64,000 nucleotides of DNA from a phage, in the sequence record PZ445134.1. One strand, written 5' to 3'. Both the position numbers and the translations under genes were made by a program. Each line of letters opens with the position of its first letter. The stretch's first letter is position 1. Positions 57,735-64,000 of the stretch are shown piece by piece. The notes under the pieces were generated by a model, which did no database searches, had not been told where the DNA came from, and saw only the letters and a list, made by a program, of their open reading frames with translations.

Positions 57735-58393
57735 TGACCATACTTAATACTAAAGCGGGAGTAATATCCCGCGAAGCAGATTTTTTAGGATTTAGAAAAA
57801 ATCCTACTCAAATTGATATTTTAAACAACCAAGGCGTAGGTTCTGTAACAATTTCTCAATTGGCAAAAGGATTCTACGATGATAACGTAGAATCTGCAAT
57901 AAACGATGTTCATAATATTGCTAGAGCAGATGTAGGAACAGTTACAATTAACACCTCAGGTGTATCTCCTGAAGGAACTTCACAGGTAGATTATTGGTCC
58001 TTTAGTGGAAGTGTAACCGACCCTAGTTTGCCCGATGGAAGCCCTGTTATTGTAAAAGTTTACGGGCTTCCTGTTAATGCTACTGTAGGTATGACAGCCG
58101 ACGAATTTGTTGTACAATTACGTACTACTCTCCGGAATGCGATTTCCGACCAATTGGCTATTGCAGAGTATAAAGATGACCCTACTGTTGGGACTAAATT
58201 ACAAATAACATATTTAGATAACCAAAGACACGTACTCCCAACGTATTCCGCTTATGGTATCACGGTTTCTCAAGAAATAGTGTCTCAGGCTAAGTCCGGG
58301 TACGGCACTTGGAATTTACTAGGTGCGCAAACCCTTACTCTTGACAACCATAATTCACCTACAACCTTTTATTATTTTGTGAGAACCGCATGA
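57734..58393 (+). CDS. 11: baseplate wedge protein gp11
   Basis: 219 aa after trimming to MTILNTKAG; TAATG overlap with gp10 stop. Confidence 0.85.
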   Translation: MTILNTKAGVISREADFLGFRKNPTQIDILNNQGVGSVTISQLAKGFYDDNVESAINDVHNIARADVGTVTINTSGVSPEGTSQVDYWSFSGSVTDPSLPDGSPVIVKVYGLPVNATVGMTADEFVVQLRTTLRNAISDQLAIAEYKDDPTVGTKLQITYLDNQRHVLPTYSAYGITVSQEIVSQAKSGYGTWNLLGAQTLTLDNHNSPTTFYYFVRTA

Positions 58394-59940
58394 GTAACAA
58401 TACATATCAGCACGTTTCGAACGAATCCGTATATGTTGAATTTGACCCTACCGGGTCAAATTTTGATAGTTCAATAACCAATGTCCAGGCAGCCCTAGCC
58501 TCAATTAGCGCATATGGTGTTAAAGGTGTTCCGGACGCAAGTGAAACAGAAAAAGGTGTAATTCAATTAGCGTCGGAACAAGAAGTTCTTGACGGTTTTA
58601 ATAGTACTAAGGCCGTTACACCTGCCACATTAAATGCAAGACTTCAGTATCCGAACGCGTCAGAAACACAATACGGCGTAACTAAATATGCAACACAAGA
58701 GGAGGCCATTGCTGGCACTTTAGACACTGTTTCTATTACTCCGCTTAAATTAAACCAAACTATTGATAACACTTTCTCTACTCGTTATTCAACAGAAACA
58801 ACTAACGGTGTTATTAAAATTGCAACTCAAACAGCTGCACTTGCCGGGTCTGATGACACCACAGCAATGACTCCGCTTAAAACGCAGCAATTAGCAATAA
58901 AATTAATTTCTCAAATAGCTCCTAATAACGACCCGGCTTCAGAATCTATTACCGGTGTTGTGCGTTTAGCTACGGTGGCTCAAACACGTCAAGGAACTCT
59001 TCGCGAAGGATATGCAATTTCCCCGTATACCTTTATGAATTCTGTTGCAACACAAGAATATAAAGGTGTTATACGTCTAGGAACACAAGCGGAAATTAAT
59101 AACAATTTGGGAGATGTTGCTGTAACAGGTGAAACGCTAAATGGTAGAGGAGCTACCGGTTCTATGCGTGGAGTCGTAAAATTAACGACGCAGGCCGGTG
59201 TTGCCCCTGAAGGCGATAGCTCTGGAGCATTAGCATGGAACGCAGATGTAATTAATACACGCGGTGGGCAAACTATTAATGGTTCTTTAAATTTAGACCA
59301 CCTCACAGCAAATGGAATTTGGTCGCGTGGCGGAATGTGGAAAAACGGTGACCAGCCAGTTGCAACAGAGAGATATGCATCTGAACGTGTTCCTGTTGGA
59401 ACAATTCAAATGTTCGCAGGTGATAGCGCTCCTCCAGGTTGGGTTTTATGTCATGGTGGGACCATTTCTGGAAACCAATTTCCGGACTATCGAAATGTGG
59501 TTGGAACAAGATTTGGCGGTGATTGGAATAATCCTGGAATTCCAGATATGCGCGGCCTTTTTGTTAGAGGAGCTGGCACAGGCAGCCATATTTTAAATAA
59601 TCGCGGTCAAGACGGCTATGGAAAGGATAGATTAGGTGTAGGATGTGACGGCATGCATGTTGGCGGTGTCCAAGCACAACAAATGTCATATCATAAACAT
59701 GCCGGTGGATGGGGCGAATATCAACGTCATGAGGCACCGTTCGGAGCATCCGTATATCAAGGTTATTTGGGTACTAGAAAATACGCTGATTGGGATAACG
59801 CATCATATTTCACAAATGACGGCTTCGAATTAGGTGGTCACCGCGACGCAACAGGCACTCTTAACCGTGAAGGACTTATCGGATATGAGACCCGTCCATG
59901 GAATATATCTTTAAATTATATTATTAAAGTCCATTACTAA
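58390..59940 (+). CDS. 12: short tail fiber gp12
   Basis: 516 aa; repeated GVIxLAT/GVxKxAT motifs; T4 gp12 is 527 aa. Confidence 0.88.
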   Translation: MSNNTYQHVSNESVYVEFDPTGSNFDSSITNVQAALASISAYGVKGVPDASETEKGVIQLASEQEVLDGFNSTKAVTPATLNARLQYPNASETQYGVTKYATQEEAIAGTLDTVSITPLKLNQTIDNTFSTRYSTETTNGVIKIATQTAALAGSDDTTAMTPLKTQQLAIKLISQIAPNNDPASESITGVVRLATVAQTRQGTLREGYAISPYTFMNSVATQEYKGVIRLGTQAEINNNLGDVAVTGETLNGRGATGSMRGVVKLTTQAGVAPEGDSSGALAWNADVINTRGGQTINGSLNLDHLTANGIWSRGGMWKNGDQPVATERYASERVPVGTIQMFAGDSAPPGWVLCHGGTISGNQFPDYRNVVGTRFGGDWNNPGIPDMRGLFVRGAGTGSHILNNRGQDGYGKDRLGVGCDGMHVGGVQAQQMSYHKHAGGWGEYQRHEAPFGASVYQGYLGTRKYADWDNASYFTNDGFELGGHRDATGTLNREGLIGYETRPWNISLNYIIKVHY

Positions 59941-59949
59941 GGGTAAAAA

Positions 59950-61392
59950 ATGATCGAATTAAAAAGTCTACCATATGTTGATGGCCCTCCTGATGAGGGT
60001 CAAAAACGTTTAAACTGGATTAAAAATTCAGAAGAAATAACTGGCGCTGATACGTTATACGGTTCTGAAGGAGTAATGAACCGTCCAATAACAGAAGTTC
60101 AACGAAATGTAGAAACAATTAACGATAACGTTAAGACTATCGCAGAATCTTTAGATACCGCTAATGCTGATATTGTCACAATTAAAAGTATCTTGGATGT
60201 TTCTGGTGACGTAGATGCTTTAGCACAAATTGGACATAACACTGATGATATTGAAGTATTAAAACACACGGTAAATTCACACGGTGTTGATATTTTAAAC
60301 ACTGAAGAAAAACTAGATGATACTATTGCTAATATCGGAGTAGTTAATCCAGAAACAGATTCGGTGTATCGTACGGTGCGTAACGACCTTCTTTGGATTA
60401 AAACCGAATTAGGGCAATATACTGGACAAGATATTAATGGTGTCCCAACCGAAGGTAATGAAAGCACCGGGCTAAAACGACGTATTATTACTAACAGTTC
60501 AGTGTTGGTTGACCAAGGCGTTCGTTTAACCGAGTTAGAAAATAAATTTGCCGATTCTGATGTTGGGGCTCTGACAACCGAAGTTGAAAACCTCCGTCAA
60601 GAAATAGGTCCTAGACCATCGTTAACAGTACCGGTTTACACTCGTTTATCTGGTATTGATTCATCCATTTCTATCCAAACCAGAGATATTGCGGCATTAA
60701 AAGATTTTGTTGGATATCCTAATTCAACCGCTATTAAAACTCAAGTCGAGGCAAATCGTCTTTCTATATCAACAATAAATTCAGACATTAACTCGCCGGG
60801 TGGTATTAAACCGCGTTTGACAACGTTAGAAACTACTATAGGCTCTCCAGATTTACCGTCTACTCTTCAGGGTAAGATCAAATTAAATACCGATTCCATT
60901 TCAGGTATTAACACAGTTTTAGGTGTTGATTCTTCTAGTGGTTTACGTTTTAACGTAGCATGGCTTAATCAGGTGGTTGGCGTCGATTCAAATGGTGGAC
61001 AACCTGAACCGGCTGGTTCACTTTTATATAGGACTCGTATTCTTGAAACTGATGTTACTGACCTAGGCAATAACATTCAAAACGTTCAAACCGAATTGGG
61101 AACTAATTCGTCCGGTATTAAAGGACAAGTGACTAGTTTAAATAAACTTATAAGCGGCACTAACCCAAACGGTCAAACCATAGAAGAACGTGGTATATTG
61201 CCAACAGTTAAAAACCATGACACATCAATTAATGGTTTAACTTCTAGAATTGCTACTCTTGAAACTGATTTGGCCGCTGCAGAAGCTGAAATCCAAACTC
61301 TTAAAGAGGCTGGATATATCGAAGATGCTCCTTCAGACGGTAAATTCTATGTTCGTAAAGATGGTGCATGGGTTGAACTTCCTACAGCTTAA
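59950..61392 (+). CDS. wac: fibritin (whisker) Wac
   Basis: 480 aa; N-terminal LPYVDGPPDEGQKRLNWIKN resembles T4 Wac; long coiled-coil body. Confidence 0.85.
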   Translation: MIELKSLPYVDGPPDEGQKRLNWIKNSEEITGADTLYGSEGVMNRPITEVQRNVETINDNVKTIAESLDTANADIVTIKSILDVSGDVDALAQIGHNTDDIEVLKHTVNSHGVDILNTEEKLDDTIANIGVVNPETDSVYRTVRNDLLWIKTELGQYTGQDINGVPTEGNESTGLKRRIITNSSVLVDQGVRLTELENKFADSDVGALTTEVENLRQEIGPRPSLTVPVYTRLSGIDSSISIQTRDIAALKDFVGYPNSTAIKTQVEANRLSISTINSDINSPGGIKPRLTTLETTIGSPDLPSTLQGKIKLNTDSISGINTVLGVDSSSGLRFNVAWLNQVVGVDSNGGQPEPAGSLLYRTRILETDVTDLGNNIQNVQTELGTNSSGIKGQVTSLNKLISGTNPNGQTIEERGILPTVKNHDTSINGLTSRIATLETDLAAAEAEIQTLKEAGYIEDAPSDGKFYVRKDGAWVELPTA

Positions 61393-61398
61393 TGAAAA

Positions 61399-61418
61399 GG
61401 GCCTTCGGGCCCTAAAGG
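61399..61418 (+). terminator. GC hairpin after wac (weak terminator)
   Basis: GGGCC-TTCG-GGCCC; followed by TAAAGGATTT, not a clean T-run. Confidence 0.4.
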
Positions 61419-61424
61419 ATTTAT

Positions 61425-62351
61425 ATGTCAGGTTATAATGCACAAAACCCTAAAGAATTAAAGGACGTAATATTACGTCGTTTAGGCGCTCCTATTGTAA
61501 ATGTTGAATTAACTACAGATCAAATTTATGATTGTATTTCACGAGCGTTAGAACTTTATGGCGAATACCATTTTGATGGGTTGAATAAAGGTTTCCATGT
61601 ATTTTTTGTTGATGACGAAGAAAAATACCGTCACGGCGTATTTGATATGCGTGGTTCTAACGTATTTGCTGTAACAAGAATTATAAGAACAAACGTTGGC
61701 TCTATTACTTCAATGGATGGTAATGCAACTTATCCATGGTTCACTGATTTCCTTTTAGGAATGGCCGGTGTTTCAGGTGGTATGGGTAGTAATTGTGGTA
61801 AATTCTATGGACCGAACGCTTTTGGCGCTGACCTTGGGTATTATTCTCAATTAGTATCTTATATGGGTATGCTTCAAGATATGATTGCTCCTCTTCCAGA
61901 TTTTTGGTTTAACTCTGCAAACGAGCAATTAAAAGTAATGGGTAACTTTAGACAGAAAGATGTCATTATTGTTGAATCGTATGTTCGTTCTTATATTGAG
62001 ACCCATAAGATGGTAGGAAATACAGTAGGGTACGGGCAGGTCGGTCCTCGTGATTCATGGTCTATTTCTGAACGTTATGATAATCCAGACCATAATTTGG
62101 TCGGACGACGAGTTGGTGAAGATCCTGCAACTAAACAAGGCGCATATAACAACCGCTGGGTTAAAGATTATGCAACTGCATTAGCTAAAGAGCTTAATGG
62201 GCAAATTCTTGCTAAACATCAAGGTATGATGTTACCGGGTGGCGTCACTGTTGATGGCGTTCGATTAATTGAAGAAGCTCGTTTAGAGAAAGAAGCTTTA
62301 CGAGAAGAGTTATATTTACTGGACCCTCCTGCAGGTATTTTGGTAGGTTAA
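61425..62351 (+). CDS. 13: neck protein gp13
   Basis: 308 aa; T4 gp13 is 309 aa. Confidence 0.88.
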   Translation: MSGYNAQNPKELKDVILRRLGAPIVNVELTTDQIYDCISRALELYGEYHFDGLNKGFHVFFVDDEEKYRHGVFDMRGSNVFAVTRIIRTNVGSITSMDGNATYPWFTDFLLGMAGVSGGMGSNCGKFYGPNAFGADLGYYSQLVSYMGMLQDMIAPLPDFWFNSANEQLKVMGNFRQKDVIIVESYVRSYIETHKMVGNTVGYGQVGPRDSWSISERYDNPDHNLVGRRVGEDPATKQGAYNNRWVKDYATALAKELNGQILAKHQGMMLPGGVTVDGVRLIEEARLEKEALREELYLLDPPAGILVG

Positions 62352-62352
62352 T

Positions 62353-63117
62353 ATGGCAACTTATGATAAAAATCTTTTCGCCAAACTAGAAAATCGCGGT
62401 GGGTATTCTCAGACAAATGAGACCGAAATCCTCAATCCATTTGTCAATTTTAATAACTATGAGAATAGTCAGACATTAGCCGATGTTCTAGTGGCAGAAA
62501 GCATACAGATGCGCGGTATTGAATGTTTTTATGTTCCACGTGAATATGTTGCTGTGGACCTTATCTTTGGTGAGGACCTTAAAAATAAATTTACTAAAGC
62601 ATGGAAATTTGCTGCATATCTGAACTCATTTGAAGGTTATGAAGGAGCGAAATCGTTCTTCAGCAACTTCGGAATGCAAGTTCAAGACGAAGTTACATTA
62701 TCTATTAACCCAGGTCTTTTCAAACACCAGGTCAACAATCAGGAGCCTAAGGAAGGTGATTTAATATACTTCCCAATGGACAACAGTTTGTTTGAGATTA
62801 ACTGGGTTGAACCATATGACCCATTCTATCAAGTAGGTAAAAATGCAATTCGTAAAATTACTGCAGGCAAGTTTATTTACTCTGGTGAAGAAATCAATCC
62901 GGTGCTTCAGAAAAATGAAGGTATCAATATACCTGAATTTAGTGACTTGGAACTTAACCCTGTTAGAAATCTTGACGGTATCCATGACATTAATATCGAT
63001 GAATATTCTGAAGTTGAGCAAATCAATTCAGAGGCAAGTGAATACGTTGAGCCGTATGTAGTAGTTAACAACCGTGGTAGACAAAATTCACCCTTTGATG
63101 ACGGATTTATGAATTAA
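62353..63117 (+). CDS. 14: neck protein gp14
   Basis: 254 aa; T4 gp14 is 256 aa. Confidence 0.88.
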   Translation: MATYDKNLFAKLENRGGYSQTNETEILNPFVNFNNYENSQTLADVLVAESIQMRGIECFYVPREYVAVDLIFGEDLKNKFTKAWKFAAYLNSFEGYEGAKSFFSNFGMQVQDEVTLSINPGLFKHQVNNQEPKEGDLIYFPMDNSLFEINWVEPYDPFYQVGKNAIRKITAGKFIYSGEEINPVLQKNEGINIPEFSDLELNPVRNLDGIHDINIDEYSEVEQINSEASEYVEPYVVVNNRGRQNSPFDDGFMN

Positions 63118-63123
63118 TAAATA
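63115..63123 (+). promoter_or_regulatory. late-promoter-like TAATAAATA upstream of gene 15
   Basis: TAATAAATA 44 nt upstream of gp15 start; same variant as upstream of e and 49. Confidence 0.4.
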
Positions 63124-63166
63124 GATAAGATAAAGCAAACACCGGTCGAAAGGCCGGTTAGGAGAA

Positions 63167-63991
63167 ATGATGTTTGGCTATTTTTACAACTCGTCGTTCA
63201 GGCGATATATCACAATGATGGGCGATTTGTTTTCAAATATCCAAGTTAACCGTCAATTGTCTACAGGCAATAAATTAATTAGGGTTCCTATTACGTATGC
63301 ATCTAAAGAGCACTTTATGATGAAACTTAATAAATGGACCTCTATAAACTCACAAGAAGATGTGGCTAAAGTCGAAACTATTCTACCACGTATAAATCTC
63401 CAAATGGTAGATTTCGTTTATAACCCAACGTTTAAAACAAATATATTGAATAACTCTCTTTTGAGTAAATCGACTAAGGATATTGTAGACCAATACAACC
63501 CATCACCAATTAAAATGATTTTTGAACTGAGCATCTTTACTCGTTATGAAGATGATATGTTCCAAATCGTTGAGCAAATTATTCCATATTTTCAGCCGCA
63601 TTTTAATACGACTATGATTGAGCAATATGGGCAGGATATTCCATTTGAAAGGGATATTAAAGTCGTATGGATGTCAGCAGCAATGGATGAACAAATAGAC
63701 GGTGATAATTTATCCCGTCGACGTTTAGAGTGGTCATTAACATTTGAAGTAAATGGATGGATGTATCCTCCGGTAGGCGCAGCAGAAGGCCTTATTAAAA
63801 CGACTTATCTTGATTTTCATGCTAATGAACGAGACCTTCAAACAGCCACCAGCGTTTTTGAATCAGTTGATACAGAAATTAAACCGAGAGACGTTGAAGC
63901 ACAAGATTGGAATGGCGAAGTTGAACAAACTTATACTCATGATATTCCAATCCCGACTCCACCAACCCCTCCTGGTCCTAGAAAACAATAA
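63167..63991 (+). CDS. 15: tail sheath stabiliser / tail terminator gp15
   Basis: 274 aa; T4 gp15 is 272 aa. Confidence 0.85.
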   Translation: MMFGYFYNSSFRRYITMMGDLFSNIQVNRQLSTGNKLIRVPITYASKEHFMMKLNKWTSINSQEDVAKVETILPRINLQMVDFVYNPTFKTNILNNSLLSKSTKDIVDQYNPSPIKMIFELSIFTRYEDDMFQIVEQIIPYFQPHFNTTMIEQYGQDIPFERDIKVVWMSAAMDEQIDGDNLSRRRLEWSLTFEVNGWMYPPVGAAEGLIKTTYLDFHANERDLQTATSVFESVDTEIKPRDVEAQDWNGEVEQTYTHDIPIPTPPTPPGPRKQ

Positions 63992-64000
63992 GAGGTAAAT

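Noticed and set aside
46833-60467. Minus-strand ORFs inside plus-strand baseplate and tail genes (46833..47015, 47638..47958, 51993..52196, 56984..57280, 58989..59306, 60099..60467)
   Set aside because: All lie antisense within long, well-supported structural genes.

Overview
This window looks like a T4-type (T-even-like, Tevenvirinae) myovirus genome segment, read with T4 clockwise orientation on the + strand. Positions 126-45738 carry a dense minus-strand array of early/middle genes in T4 synteny: 45, rpbA, 46, 47, 55, nrdH, nrdG, nrdD (split by a group I intron carrying a GIY-YIG homing endonuclease), 49, nrdC, a long hyperplastic block of small and mid-sized unknown genes, rI, tk, regB, a GrcA-like gene, denV, e (lysozyme), nudE, two tRNAs, acb1/57B, 57A, 1, 3, 2, 4. 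Positions 45800-63991 carry the plus-strand late baseplate/tail module: 53, 5, 5.1, 5.4 (PAAR), 6, 7, 8, 9, 10, 11, 12, wac, 13, 14, 15. Regulatory signals readable directly from the sequence include about 23 early promoters with dyad symmetry (PeSL-like cassettes), late-promoter motifs (TATAAATA and TAATAAATA), two MotA-box middle-promoter candidates, and several GC-hairpin terminators. The most unusual content is in the accessory regions: seven genes with the internal-protein capsid-targeting N-terminus MK(T/M)(Y/F)xEF(I/L)xE, two families of tandem paralogs, an ATPase-wHTH-nucleotidyltransferase module, a gene bracketed by identical terminator copies, and a tRNA-like element beside the tRNAs. 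The alpha-glucosyltransferase gene expected between 55 and 47 is absent. All homology calls are from motif recognition and recalled T4 sequences, not database searches. Coordinates of starts are approximate wherever the ORF track began at an upstream alternative start codon.
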